The notes: a model not told the origin generated them from the letters alone. A stretch of 34,070 bases of DNA from a virus (IMGVR_UViG_3300021400_000141:385354-419423); one strand, 5' to 3'; positions 1 through 9,529 are shown, counted from the first letter of the stretch. Numbers and translations: made by a program.

Positions 1-320
1 CAGGGTTTCGACGGCGGTTTCACACCATTTTTCAACACCCAAGGTTTTCAACAGGTTATGAACATATATTTCAACAGGTTTACAGCACCTTTATGAACAA
101 TCAGTTGAACGCAGCCGCCAGGATTTTGACTTGGATTTTGCCAGTGGGTTTCGAACATGGTTTCAAACGGTTGATTTCATCAGGGTTCATAACGAAGTTG
201 TAAACCCAGGATGAAACCCGAGTTGAAAATTGTGGTTGAAACGGTTGTTGAAACCTTGTTGAAACCCTGTTGATAAATTGGGAGAAGATATCAACAGGTT
301 ATCAACAGGTGTTGATAGAT
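1..320. repeat. Non-coding field of short repeats TTTCAAC / GTTGAAA in converging orientation
   Basis: TTTCAAC at 30,46,69; GTTGAAA at 222,235,247,258; TGTTGATAA at 268; ATCAACAGGT at 290 and 301; degenerate copies of the cassette repeat at ~183-200 and ~209-230. Confidence 0.75.
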
Positions 321-416
321 TGTGGAGAGGTGGGCGGCTGGGGGACGCTGGGGCCCCAGGACAGGGGTGATAACCTAAGTTGGAAATCATTGGATGTAAA
401 ACTATATTTACATATA

Positions 417-450
417 TGAAAAGGGGGGAACGCCTGACGGCGCCCCCCTT
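417..450 (-). terminator. Intrinsic terminator after 475..1350
   Basis: AAGGGGGG..GCC-TGAC-GGC..CCCCCCTT stem, followed on the minus strand by TTTTCAT. Confidence 0.7.
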
Positions 451-474
451 TAAGGCATGATGAAAGAAAGGGTG

Positions 475-1350
475 TTATGCCACGAGTTCCCTATAAAGGG
501 ATTCTGTGATGTATCTAGGTGCTTTCAGTTTGTCCACCATATCGAAAGTTCTCTTGTTTGGGCGAAGGATACCGAATTCACCCGACTTGTAGAAATAGAG
601 CCAAGCGTCGAGGTTCATAAAGAACATAGCCACATAGGTTCTATTCTTGATGATTTCGTTCTCGGTGGCAATGGGGTCATTATCATCTACGAAGATACCA
701 TCGGGGGTAAAGAAGATTTTGTGACCATAGATAGAACGGGTTTCTCCCATGGTTATGAACTTGTTGGAAGCCCCTATGATAGTTTCCTTTGCAGCGGAGA
801 CTACCTTATTCCAGATAGAGTTCATATTGGTGGCAGAAACGATGTTCTTGCCGAACTTGTAGGAAGCCTGGTCTAATATCCATTTGGCGATAAGGATGGC
901 CTTTTTGGTAATGCATTCCCTAGACAGGATATGGGCGGTGAGGTTCAGGATAGAGAGCATATTGGCAATGCCTTCTACGAGGTAGCCCGACTTGGCACCT
1001 GTGAACTTATCGGAGATGTAGGCATCGTTCAGGTTCACATAGGGCGGGACGAACAGGTTGCCCTTATGGGATTCGATAGAGGCCCGTTCGATTTCCTTGA
1101 ATATGTCGATGTCATCGTGGTAAGAGGTGGCCACGAAATTAGCGACCCTGTATGCATCAAGGATATTGGGGTTATCCTGGTTTAGGATTTGATACACAAT
1201 GTTGCATACGGCCTGCAAGTTCTGCGTGGCGGTGCGGAGAGCATTGAGCGTGAGTTGCTCTTTGATGTAGGCCATTGCATCGGCACGGTCTTCAAGGAGC
1301 ATAGTTTTCACTGCGGTTTCGGGTTTGTTGATAGGGTTTGCTTTCATCAT
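475..1350 (-). CDS. Hypothetical protein, 291 aa
   Basis: Long ORF, GAGGAGG RBS, terminator downstream; upstream -10/TTTAATTA box present but -35 degenerate. Confidence 0.88.
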   Translation of the reverse strand: MMKANPINKPETAVKTMLLEDRADAMAYIKEQLTLNALRTATQNLQAVCNIVYQILNQDNPNILDAYRVANFVATSYHDDIDIFKEIERASIESHKGNLFVPPYVNLNDAYISDKFTGAKSGYLVEGIANMLSILNLTAHILSRECITKKAILIAKWILDQASYKFGKNIVSATNMNSIWNKVVSAAKETIIGASNKFITMGETRSIYGHKIFFTPDGIFVDDNDPIATENEIIKNRTYVAMFFMNLDAWLYFYKSGEFGILRPNKRTFDMVDKLKAPRYITESLYRELVA

Positions 1351-1451
1351 GGTGTTAGCCTCCTCTAGTATTAAATATACATAATTAAATACGGAAGCGG
1401 AGAAAAATCATAAAATTTTTTCACTTTTTTTGAAAAATTAAAAAATAAAAA

Positions 1452-1790
1452 TTATTTCAGTTTGCGGGCGACCCTTTCGAGGTAGTCGATAAAATAATGG
1501 TTTATCGCCTCGGAAGTTTTCAGAGGGATTGTAGCAGAGGTTGCCAACCTGATTGAGTTGTGGTTGGTCTTGTTGATGTAGGCTACGGTTCTCAACGAGG
1601 TGTCGATACAGAGGGGTTCGCCATCTGGTTCCAACGGGGCTATGACAATGCGTCTGCCCCTGCCTTCTTTTCGGACGATGGTTTCGGCCCTGTTGGCGAC
1701 CTGTTCGAAGTAGGTGGTTGAGCCATCGGTTTCCATCCTCTTTGCGGCATCGTTGAGTTGGGCGACGATGAAGTTGGGCGTTTCAATCAT
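1452..1790 (-). CDS. Hypothetical protein, 112 aa
   Basis: AGGAGG RBS, promoter at 1850-1878. Confidence 0.85.
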   Translation of the reverse strand: MIETPNFIVAQLNDAAKRMETDGSTTYFEQVANRAETIVRKEGRGRRIVIAPLEPDGEPLCIDTSLRTVAYINKTNHNSIRLATSATIPLKTSEAINHYFIDYLERVARKLK

Positions 1791-2033
1791 GTTGGTATCC
1801 TCCTTGTTTCAATCTGGGTTTCGAGCGGGGTTGCCAACCCCCATGATATAATATAGTTAATTAAATGGTAAATGTCAAGTTGAAAGTTGAGTAAAGTTTT
1901 GGTTACAGGAGATGGGGGAGAATCATATAGGGGGGGATACTCCGTGGGAGGCGAAGCTGGGACGGGGTGATAACGTAAGTTGGAGATTTTTTTGGGAAAA
2001 ACGAGAAAGGCCTGATGTTCAGACCTAGGGGGA

Positions 2034-2597
2034 TTAGTGGTTTGATTGGAAGTGGATGTGTTCGTTGGGTGTATACTGGCTTTCCCAAATCACCTTATAA
2101 TCCTTCGGGAGGGTTTGTTCGAGGATTCGGACCACTCTCCTTCGTTCATTGAGGGGGAGGTCATTCATTCTGATATCGACGGCTTGTCCATAGCGATGTT
2201 TGGACCATTTGTCATGTCTATCGAACGAGTCATGGGCGGAGGTGATGGTAGGGGAGAAGTCTTCACCGAGCTGGCTTTTGAACACTTTGATTACATATAC
2301 CAGGCCGCTTTCGAGCTGCGGGGTAAGCTCCATTACGACACCTGATTTCTGGAAAGTGTTTTCCATGATGTAATCATGGTTTTCACCTGATTGGACAGGG
2401 ACATCGTAGTTAAATTCTGCTTTTGACGGGTATGTATTGTATTCCCCATCATCAGCAGGATAAGTTGCATCTGTCCTGGCTTTCGGGTGTTCATCGGGAG
2501 TATATGGGTCGAAGATGAGCTTGACACCCACGATGAGCATGACGAGAATCATGCAGAGGGCAAGGCCGCATTTGAACAGATTAACTAGGCATCCCAT
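2034..2597 (-). CDS. Membrane-anchored M15-type (Hedgehog/DD-peptidase fold) zinc peptidase
   Basis: N-terminal hydrophobic helix; C-terminal ITS..S-K-H-x6-D (SKHRYGQAVD) and HIH motifs typical of M15 metallopeptidases; GGAGG RBS. Confidence 0.75.
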   Translation of the reverse strand: MGCLVNLFKCGLALCMILVMLIVGVKLIFDPYTPDEHPKARTDATYPADDGEYNTYPSKAEFNYDVPVQSGENHDYIMENTFQKSGVVMELTPQLESGLVYVIKVFKSQLGEDFSPTITSAHDSFDRHDKWSKHRYGQAVDIRMNDLPLNERRRVVRILEQTLPKDYKVIWESQYTPNEHIHFQSNH

Positions 2598-2621
2598 GGT
2601 GGACCTCCATTTGAATTAGGT

Positions 2622-2957
2622 TTAGATTTCTCTTGTTGCTGCCACTTTCCACGCGAGCAGGGTCGGGTAGAGCTTACGGGCTTCTTCCTTGGCCTTGGTG
2701 TCGTAGAGCTTGAAGTTGGCGATAACGAATTCAGCTTCATTCATGTCTTCGGCAGGGAGTTGGGAGAAGGGCTTGGCAGTAAGGGTCTTGAAGTTGCCAG
2801 GAACAGGAGATGCTTTGCAGCACTTGACAAACCAGATGTTGTCCTTGTTGTGGCAGGATTCGGGGGTTCCCTTACAGAATGTGTTGAACTGACTGATTGC
2901 CTGTGCTTTGGTGTTGGCAAGGACAATCCCGTTTACGACGATGATGCGCTTTTCCAT
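2622..2957 (-). CDS. Hypothetical protein, 111 aa
   Basis: AGGAGA RBS, promoter at 2987-3015. Confidence 0.85.
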   Translation of the reverse strand: MEKRIIVVNGIVLANTKAQAISQFNTFCKGTPESCHNKDNIWFVKCCKASPVPGNFKTLTAKPFSQLPAEDMNEAEFVIANFKLYDTKAKEEARKLYPTLLAWKVAATREI

Positions 2958-3038
2958 TGTGTTATCTCCTTGTTGTTTCTCCTATAAATATACCCAATTA
3001 AATGCTGGATGTCAATAGGAATTTGTGTAAAGTTTTGG

Positions 3039-3380
3039 TTACGGTTTGAGGTTGATGCTGAGGTTTGTGGTGAACTGTTTCTGTTCGAGTTTGAAGATGG
3101 TGGTATGGAACGTGGATGGAATCAGGTTGGCGCATTTGAGGTCCGCCGTGAGGAATTCCACCATGTTATTGATGGTGGCGGTATCGACGGTTTTGTTCTT
3201 GGGCGCTTTCCGTTTGAAGTTGATGATGAGGGTCAGGATGGCGTGGTTGACCTTGTGCTTGACCTTTCCGACGGAAAGGACGGTATCGCCGAACTTGGTC
3301 ATAAGGTCGTTTCTAACGAGGTTGCAGACCTTGTTGAAATCGATTGGTTCAATCCCTGTTGTTGCCTTGGTTGAAATCAT
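3039..3380 (-). CDS. Hypothetical basic protein, 113 aa
   Basis: AGGAGG RBS, follows 3396..3650. Confidence 0.82.
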   Translation of the reverse strand: MISTKATTGIEPIDFNKVCNLVRNDLMTKFGDTVLSVGKVKHKVNHAILTLIINFKRKAPKNKTVDTATINNMVEFLTADLKCANLIPSTFHTTIFKLEQKQFTTNLSINLKP

Positions 3381-3395
3381 GATGTTAACCTCCTT

Positions 3396-3650
3396 TTATG
3401 CGTTTAACTTGTAGACATGGGTAGCGGAGTAGGTATCGTCGCCAGTGGGTTCGCCGAACGGCATTTGCCGAACCTGGGTAAAGCCGTTGTGTTCCATCAC
3501 GTATTTGAGGTAGAGGTGGTCATGCTTCCAGTCGCCCCAGTGTACATCGACGGTGACTTCGCCATTCGGGCGGATACCATATTCGTAGTGCAGGTCATTG
3601 TCCTTGAAGACCTTTGCTACTTTCAGTTCGATTTCAATTGGGTATGCCAT
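3396..3650 (-). CDS. Hypothetical protein, 84 aa
   Basis: AAGGA RBS, consistent codon usage. Confidence 0.82.
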   Translation of the reverse strand: MAYPIEIELKVAKVFKDNDLHYEYGIRPNGEVTVDVHWGDWKHDHLYLKYVMEHNGFTQVRQMPFGEPTGDDTYSATHVYKLNA

Positions 3651-3741
3651 TGTTTAATCCTTGGTTGAAGTGGTGGAGAAAGGGAGGGGGCTAGCGGTGT
3701 GTGGGGTAAGTGTCAAGTTTCGCTACCCCCTCCCACAGTTA

Positions 3742-4191
3742 TTAGATGTTCCTGGTTCCTGCGAGAGATGTGATGTTGTTGATAGCATCCCGTGCTGACA
3801 TAGTTGCCTTGAACAGGTCGAAGTACATATCGATGAGTTGGGGCATATTATCATCGCACATCTCTATGACATGGCCGAGGACAATCTTTCGCTTGTCACA
3901 GACCCCAATGGAGAGTTTGCCAATGTAGTATTCGGTGATGAAGAGTTGCACGCCATTGTAGTCAGTCAAGGTGAATTCAGTTCGGTTACCGTAGTCTTCA
4001 AGCTCGTTGATTTCCATCTTGATAGAATAGATTCCCTTTCGAATGATATTCAACTGATGCTTGATTTCATCCGTGACAGTGATTCTGCGGAACAGAAGTT
4101 TCTTGGTGTCATGACGGAAATCATCAATCTGTGTGGAGAATTCGGACAGGAACTTTTCATTCCATTCTTTCAGCGTGAGTTTCTTTGCCAT
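3742..4191 (-). CDS. Hypothetical protein, 149 aa
   Basis: AGGAGA RBS. Confidence 0.85.
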   Translation of the reverse strand: MAKKLTLKEWNEKFLSEFSTQIDDFRHDTKKLLFRRITVTDEIKHQLNIIRKGIYSIKMEINELEDYGNRTEFTLTDYNGVQLFITEYYIGKLSIGVCDKRKIVLGHVIEMCDDNMPQLIDMYFDLFKATMSARDAINNITSLAGTRNI

Positions 4192-4282
4192 GGTTATGTC
4201 TCCTAAAAAATCGAAAAATTTTTGTTTACAGAAAAAATATAGAAAATTAAAAATAAAAGTGGGTCAGAAAAAATGTAAAATT

Positions 4283-4657
4283 TTATTTCCATTCACGGAT
4301 TTTGTAGAAGTTGATTGTGTTTTCGAAGGCCTCTGTGATTCGGCTGTTCTCAACCTTGTCGAACCTAGGCTGTCCGAGATGGTAGAGGCACAGTGCGTTG
4401 CCCCAGAGGCCATCAACGATGAGGGGGCCATAGGTTTCCCAGCACTTGCGGTAGACTGCTTCGTCATTGCCACGGCCTTCCCAACGGCCTTTGTCGTTCA
4501 GCCATGCTTCCACCTGTGTCTTAACGTCGTTCTTGTCGAAGGTTTCAATCAGGATGCTGTCGCTACGTCTGGCAAGCTCGTTGATAAGGTCCTCTGTGGG
4601 AACCCCGCGAAGCGTGTGCGGCTTGTTAGGAACATGGATGTAAACAGGTCTTTTCAT
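4283..4657 (-). CDS. Hypothetical protein, 124 aa
   Basis: AGGAGG RBS, promoter at 4691-4719. Confidence 0.85.
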   Translation of the reverse strand: MKRPVYIHVPNKPHTLRGVPTEDLINELARRSDSILIETFDKNDVKTQVEAWLNDKGRWEGRGNDEAVYRKCWETYGPLIVDGLWGNALCLYHLGQPRFDKVENSRITEAFENTINFYKIREWK

Positions 4658-4897
4658 TTGGTTGCCTCCTGGGCTTGTTCTTCTGTTTTAAATATACCTA
4701 ATTAAAACCTGGGTGTCAAGATGTTGTGGCAACTTTTTGTGTAAAAAATAGTTTACAACCTTCCAGCGGTTCCTGCTGGCGAAGGGGGCTAGGGTGATAA
4801 CCCAAGTTGGAAATCTTTTTGGGAAAAAAGAAAACCCCCGATGGGCTAGAAACAACGGAGTCGCCATGGCAACAAACGCCCATCGGGGGAGGAGGAA

Positions 4898-5395
4898 TTA
4901 CTTGTAGAGTTCGGGGAACAGTTCGAGTTGTCCGTAGTTGTTCCTCTTGTAGAGCGGGGTTTTCTTCACGGGTTTCTTCTTGGTTTTCTTCGTGGTTTTG
5001 CCAGCGAGGGTTTTGAGCCTGTTGACAACTTCCTTACGGGTGACACCTTTGAGGGAAGCATTGATGGCATCACGGTCTTCAACGGAAGTTCTGCGGACGG
5101 TGACACGAACCTTGGTGGTTTCCGTCGGCTGATAGGTGACGGTGGAAATCTTGGGGTTCGGGCGGCGGCCACGGCTGAGGTAGTATTCGGCGAAGGTGGT
5201 TTTGCCGTAGATGGTGTCTACTTCGACATCACGTGTTTTGATGTTGTAGCCGTCTTCACGCAGGTTGAAGATGCAGGCCGACAGGCGGGTGATGTGGAGT
5301 TTGTTGAACGCATCAAGGGAAGTGATTTTGCCGTACTTCTTGATGAATTGGAGTACGCGGGACTTTTGGTTGTTGGATGCTTCTTTGGAAATCAT
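4898..5395 (-). CDS. HTH_39-like winged-helix DNA-binding protein with basic tail ending QLELFPELYK
   Basis: N-terminus QKSRVLQFIKKYGKITSLDAFNKLHITRLSACIFNLREDGYNIKT...AEYYL matches the HTH_39 pattern as I recall it. Confidence 0.8.
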   Translation of the reverse strand: MISKEASNNQKSRVLQFIKKYGKITSLDAFNKLHITRLSACIFNLREDGYNIKTRDVEVDTIYGKTTFAEYYLSRGRRPNPKISTVTYQPTETTKVRVTVRRTSVEDRDAINASLKGVTRKEVVNRLKTLAGKTTKKTKKKPVKKTPLYKRNNYGQLELFPELYK

Positions 5396-5398
5396 GGT

Positions 5399-5986
5399 TT
5401 ACCCCTTGTTTTCAGATTTGATTTGTTTAAGAGTTTCTTCGATTGCTTCGATTACCTTGAAGTCGCAGATAGCGAAGTCGAAAGCATTTTCGTCACGGAT
5501 TTTGAGGTAGCCGTCGAGATAGACTTCGATAGGGGCGACCCCTTCTTCGTCATCATTTTTGGTTCGCCAGCAGTCGATGACCCAGCACTTCTTGTCGGTG
5601 TCGAAGTAATCGTGGCGGACTTCGGAGTAGAACGGATTTCCCTCGCCTTTTGATTCCTTGTACCACTTGTACATAAGGTCAGCACAATCATTGACGAAAC
5701 GCCTTGCAGGACGGAAGGTAACGAAGTGTGCTTCGATTTTGAGCAGGGTATCAAGATGTTTCTTGATGAACTTTTTGTCAATGCCGTTTTCAACGAGGGT
5801 TGCAACGAGTTCCTTTCTCGTTATGACTTCCGTGTTGTACTTGGTTACGATATGTGCATATACAATATCGTCGGAGACTTTCGAGATAAAGTCAGTGAGG
5901 GTCTCTTTCGAGACATGGGGGTTTGCTTTGAGGAAAGGGTTGACTTTCGTTTTCAGAAAATCAAAAAGTGTTGTTGTGATTGCCAT
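5399..5986 (-). CDS. Hypothetical protein, 195 aa
   Basis: AGGAG RBS, promoter at 6016-6044. Confidence 0.87.
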   Translation of the reverse strand: MAITTTLFDFLKTKVNPFLKANPHVSKETLTDFISKVSDDIVYAHIVTKYNTEVITRKELVATLVENGIDKKFIKKHLDTLLKIEAHFVTFRPARRFVNDCADLMYKWYKESKGEGNPFYSEVRHDYFDTDKKCWVIDCWRTKNDDEEGVAPIEVYLDGYLKIRDENAFDFAICDFKVIEAIEETLKQIKSENKG

Positions 5987-6081
5987 GATTGACTCCTTTT
6001 GTTGTTTCTGTTGATAATATAGATAATTAAAATCTTTTTGTCAAGAGAAAAAATGAAAATTATTTTTTACAGTTTCTCCCA

Positions 6082-6558
6082 TTAGCATACGATTGAAATG
6101 ATGTTTTCGAACGGAATGAGGATTCTGTGAAACGGCTCGCCACCATGGTCTACCCAAGTGTGGAAAGACGAGTAATGGCTTGATGCAACACATCCACGGC
6201 GGTATGTGCAACTGTGTGGGTATCCATTTGTCTTATAAGTGCATTCCAGTTCCTCATCGGTGTTTTTGGCGTCGCTCCTGTCAAGATACGCCAGATGGTT
6301 GATAGTAACCTCAATGAACCCGTCATGAACTTCGACTTTATCAAGGAAGTCTTCGACCTTCTTGCCTACACTTTTGAGGCATTCTTGAAAATGTGAGGCC
6401 GATTCACTGGATTCAACAGGATACCTCGTGAAGAACACGGGAACGCGGCACGAACTGCTGGAATACAGACCTCCGCTTGACATCCCGTTATAGACGATTT
6501 CTGCATGACCGTTCTTCTTGGCAACGGAGAGCATAGACTTGATAGTAGAAATTTTCAT
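6082..6558 (-). CDS. Hypothetical protein, 158 aa
   Basis: Coupled to upstream ORF 6564..7052. Confidence 0.83.
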   Translation of the reverse strand: MKISTIKSMLSVAKKNGHAEIVYNGMSSGGLYSSSSCRVPVFFTRYPVESSESASHFQECLKSVGKKVEDFLDKVEVHDGFIEVTINHLAYLDRSDAKNTDEELECTYKTNGYPHSCTYRRGCVASSHYSSFHTWVDHGGEPFHRILIPFENIISIVC

Positions 6559-6563
6559 AATTT

Positions 6564-7052
6564 TTAGTCCTCGTCTTCACCATCATCGCAGCCCCATCCC
6601 TGATTTCTGTCATCAAGGGCGATACCCGCCTGTTCATACTTCATGGGGTGTTCTGTGATTTTCATGGGGTACTTCAAGATTTCGGGGGAGTTGTAGTTTC
6701 CATCCTGATAGGGGGAAACATTCGGGTCTTCGGGGGTGTAATACTTTTCGATAGCGTTGCTACGAGCCTGTTGAACCATGTCGCTGTTCTTGGGCTTGTA
6801 CCCTTCGGGAAGCAAGCCGTTCCACTTGGCGAGTTCCTCGTAGGCATCGTGCTTCTTTCCCTGTTCGTCAAAGAAGTTGCCGTAGCCATCGTATTCACGA
6901 CCCCTAATGGTGTTGTCCACAAAGAAGTAGCCACCGCCAAATTCCTTGGGGATAAGAAGATATGCCTTTGTGGTGCATTTCCTTTGCGGTTCGATTCCCC
7001 TGTCGAGTAGTGCGTTGCCTGTGTCAGAACATTTCCATGAAAACTGTCCCAT
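6564..7052 (-). CDS. Hypothetical protein (MGxFSW...YDGYG motif), 162 aa
   Basis: AGGAGA RBS, promoter 7086-7114. Confidence 0.87.
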   Translation of the reverse strand: MGQFSWKCSDTGNALLDRGIEPQRKCTTKAYLLIPKEFGGGYFFVDNTIRGREYDGYGNFFDEQGKKHDAYEELAKWNGLLPEGYKPKNSDMVQQARSNAIEKYYTPEDPNVSPYQDGNYNSPEILKYPMKITEHPMKYEQAGIALDDRNQGWGCDDGEDED

Positions 7053-7232
7053 GATTGTCTCCTTTGTTGTTGTTTCTATGATATAAATATACCTAATTAA
7101 AATGGGATTGTCAATAGGGTTTCCAACATTTTTGTGTAAATTTTCATTTACAAACTTCTGGTGGAAACCGTGGTGACGGCGGGATGAAGGCGCCGGGGTG
7201 ATAACCCAAGTTGAAAATTCAGGTGATGTAAA

Positions 7233-7252
7233 CGGAAACCCCCTTTCGGGGG
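7233..7252 (-). terminator. Intrinsic terminator
   Basis: CCCCC-TTTC-GGGGG at 7239-7252 with T-rich tail on the minus strand. Confidence 0.75.
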
Positions 7253-7265
7253 ATAGGACTATGGG

Positions 7266-7478
7266 TTAATTATTACTGGTGTCAACATTGAGGGTTAGAA
7301 CCTTGGTTGCTTCATGGAGTGTGTCAATGGAGCAGATTTCGAGTTCTAAAATGTCATCGTGCATATCATCACGAGTGCCACGGTAGATTTCTGTGTTTGT
7401 GTTGAGGTCGTAGATTGCAACCTGTTGGTCGTCGGGGTCGGCGAACATATCGATGAAGTTATCTACTGTAAGGTTCAT
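7266..7478 (-). CDS. Small acidic hypothetical protein, 70 aa
   Basis: AGGAGG RBS overlapping upstream stop. Confidence 0.83.
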   Translation of the reverse strand: MNLTVDNFIDMFADPDDQQVAIYDLNTNTEIYRGTRDDMHDDILELEICSIDTLHEATKVLTLNVDTSNN

Positions 7479-7489
7479 GGTTTGCCTCC

Positions 7490-7903
7490 TTAAATGTCGA
7501 ACGAGTTGATGTGGAAAACATCTTTGCGTTCATTTATGAGAACATTGCAAAGATTAACATATTCGGGAACAGTCACCATGACCGTGATGATAGAGCCGTC
7601 AGCAAGACCCTGTTCGAGCATGGTCAGGAACTTCTTGCTATGCCCCATGCTCTTGATGACCTTGCTATCCCACGAGTTGTTATCGTCGGTGTTGTGACGG
7701 AACTCAATCGTGATGCTGTCGGGGCCGATACCTTTCTGCGGTTTAGTGTACGAGAACGACTGTTCAATTTCAGTCATGATTTCGCTAGCGGCTTCCTTGC
7801 GGTCTTTGGTCGGGTTCCAAAACGAGGGTGCAATCAGGTCATCATCGCAGTGGTCTGTGGTGTAGCAAACGGCCTGATAGTATGTAGTCTTTTTCTTTGC
7901 CAT
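7490..7903 (-). CDS. Hypothetical protein, 137 aa (possible member of internal acidic paralog family)
   Basis: AGGAG RBS, promoter 7937-7965. Confidence 0.87.
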   Translation of the reverse strand: MAKKKTTYYQAVCYTTDHCDDDLIAPSFWNPTKDRKEAASEIMTEIEQSFSYTKPQKGIGPDSITIEFRHNTDDNNSWDSKVIKSMGHSKKFLTMLEQGLADGSIITVMVTVPEYVNLCNVLINERKDVFHINSFDI

Positions 7904-8110
7904 AATGAACTCCTTTGTTGTTGTTTCTATGTTATAAATATACCTAATTAAAACAGGGTTGTCAATAGGGTTTCCAACATTTTTGTGTAAATTTTGATTT
8001 ACAAACTTCTGGCGGAGACCGAGTGGGACAGCTGCAGTCGAGGCTAGGGTGATAACCCAAGTTGGAAATCTTGTTGAAACAAAGTTAAACCCCCGTGAGG
8101 GGGGAGTTGA

Positions 8111-8467
8111 TTATCGATGTGTTGGTTGGATTGGTGCGAATATCCTGGGAAATTCGTCAACGAGTTTGTCAACGAGTTCGAACAAGGTTTTATACTTGTT
8201 GTAGAAGCCGTCAGACACATTCCATGTACATCCCCCACGAGTACATTGGTAGCCACAGGGAGTTTTCACAGGATTTTTCCCAAGGCCGCGAACAAAATAC
8301 GAGGCATATTCGTCACCAGAGTGCGGATTTACTATGCAGTAGTATGGAGCAAGTTTGTGATAGTCACTATAATTTCCTTGCCTAAGTTCTCCACCAGCCT
8401 GTTCGACTTCTCGATGATAATCCATGATATGTTTCATGTTATTCCTCTGCAAGGTCTTTTTATTCAT
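8111..8467 (-). CDS. Hypothetical protein, 118 aa
   Basis: Third gene of cassette, terminator downstream. Confidence 0.78.
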   Translation of the reverse strand: MNKKTLQRNNMKHIMDYHREVEQAGGELRQGNYSDYHKLAPYYCIVNPHSGDEYASYFVRGLGKNPVKTPCGYQCTRGGCTWNVSDGFYNKYKTLFELVDKLVDEFPRIFAPIQPTHR

Positions 8468-8485
8468 ATGGATGTCGCCTGTTGG

Positions 8486-8734
8486 CTAAACGGTAAATTC
8501 TTCTATGTCGAGTTTCACTTCTTCATCGGCGGCGTTGCAGAACTCATTGCCCCACATACAGCCGTCGATAGTAAATTCGTCCGCATCATCGGGGAAGGTG
8601 TCAGTCAAGATGTCGAAGATGCACTTTGCGGCCTTTTCACGGGTGTTGAACACTTCTGTGATAATATCATGTTCGTGTTCGTAAGGGTGAAAGTGAAAGC
8701 CAGAAACAACAAAAATCTTTTTCTTTTCAGCCAT
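8486..8734 (-). CDS. Small acidic protein, 82 aa (internal paralog family)
   Basis: KIFVV...EVFNTREKA motif. Confidence 0.83.
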   Translation of the reverse strand: MAEKKKIFVVSGFHFHPYEHEHDIITEVFNTREKAAKCIFDILTDTFPDDADEFTIDGCMWGNEFCNAADEEVKLDIEEFTV

Positions 8735-8749
8735 GATGTACCCCCATTA

Positions 8750-9004
8750 CTAAACAGCCTTGTAAAGGTCGATGTAGTTGTCGCATCCATCGAGGTTCTT
8801 ACGGTCGATGGACTTCTTTACATACCACTTTTGCTTGCCAACCATAACAGGGCGGCAACCCTTGATGGGAGCATAGTCAGGGTCATTGGAAGACAGAGAT
8901 GCTCCTAACCCTTTCTTGAAATGCTTTACGATTTGCTTGGCATCCTTGTCCATCAGTTCCTTGATGTCTTCGGGGTCATTGTAGTAAGCGATGTGCTGAA
9001 CCAT
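8750..9004 (-). CDS. Hypothetical protein, 84 aa
   Basis: AGGAGA RBS, promoter 9034-9062. Confidence 0.85.
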   Translation of the reverse strand: MVQHIAYYNDPEDIKELMDKDAKQIVKHFKKGLGASLSSNDPDYAPIKGCRPVMVGKQKWYVKKSIDRKNLDGCDNYIDLYKAV

Positions 9005-9223
9005 AATGTTGTCTCCTATGTTTCTATGTTATAAATATACCTAATTAAATCGCTGTTGTCAATACCTTTTCCAACTTTTTTGTGTAAATTTTGATTTACA
9101 AACTTCTGGTGGAGACCGTGGGGACAGCAGCAGTCGAGACTAGGGTGATAACCCAAGTTGGAAATCCAGAGGTGAACAAGAAAAAGCCCACCCATTCGGG
9201 TGAGGCTCGGAGACAAGGGAAAC

Positions 9224-9529
9224 TTACTTGAAGAAATCAGCAGGGACGGTATGCTTCACGATGTCGAACTCTACACAATCGTCGGCATCGTTATAGGCGG
9301 AGATACAGTAGCCGTCCATGCAGTCCTTTGATGTCACCTTTTCATTTTCGAGGTTTTCCTGTTCGATGTAGTCGTTTACTTCGCTGGCAATGAACTTGGC
9401 GGCCTTCTGTTTTTTCTTGAACACATCCGTGTAGCGGTTGTTGTTGATTTCACCGCCTATACGAGCGTAGGCGACGACGGTAAAGAATGTGATGTTCTTG
9501 GCCTTGGGTGTTTTGGTTTTGGTAGTCAT
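9224..9529 (-). CDS. Small protein, 101 aa (internal paralog family); start corrected to MTTKTK
   Basis: AGGAGA RBS before ATG at 9529; the longer ORF-track start overlaps the upstream gene. Confidence 0.83.
   Translation of the reverse strand: MTTKTKTPKAKNITFFTVVAYARIGGEINNNRYTDVFKKKQKAAKFIASEVNDYIEQENLENEKVTSKDCMDGYCISAYNDADDCVEFDIVKHTVPADFFK

Noticed and set aside
8077-8088. AAACAAAGTTA match to the attI1 core (also near 13638, 20553, 22928)
   Set aside because: It is the reverse complement of the terminator T-tail directly beside the hairpin; explained without recombination.
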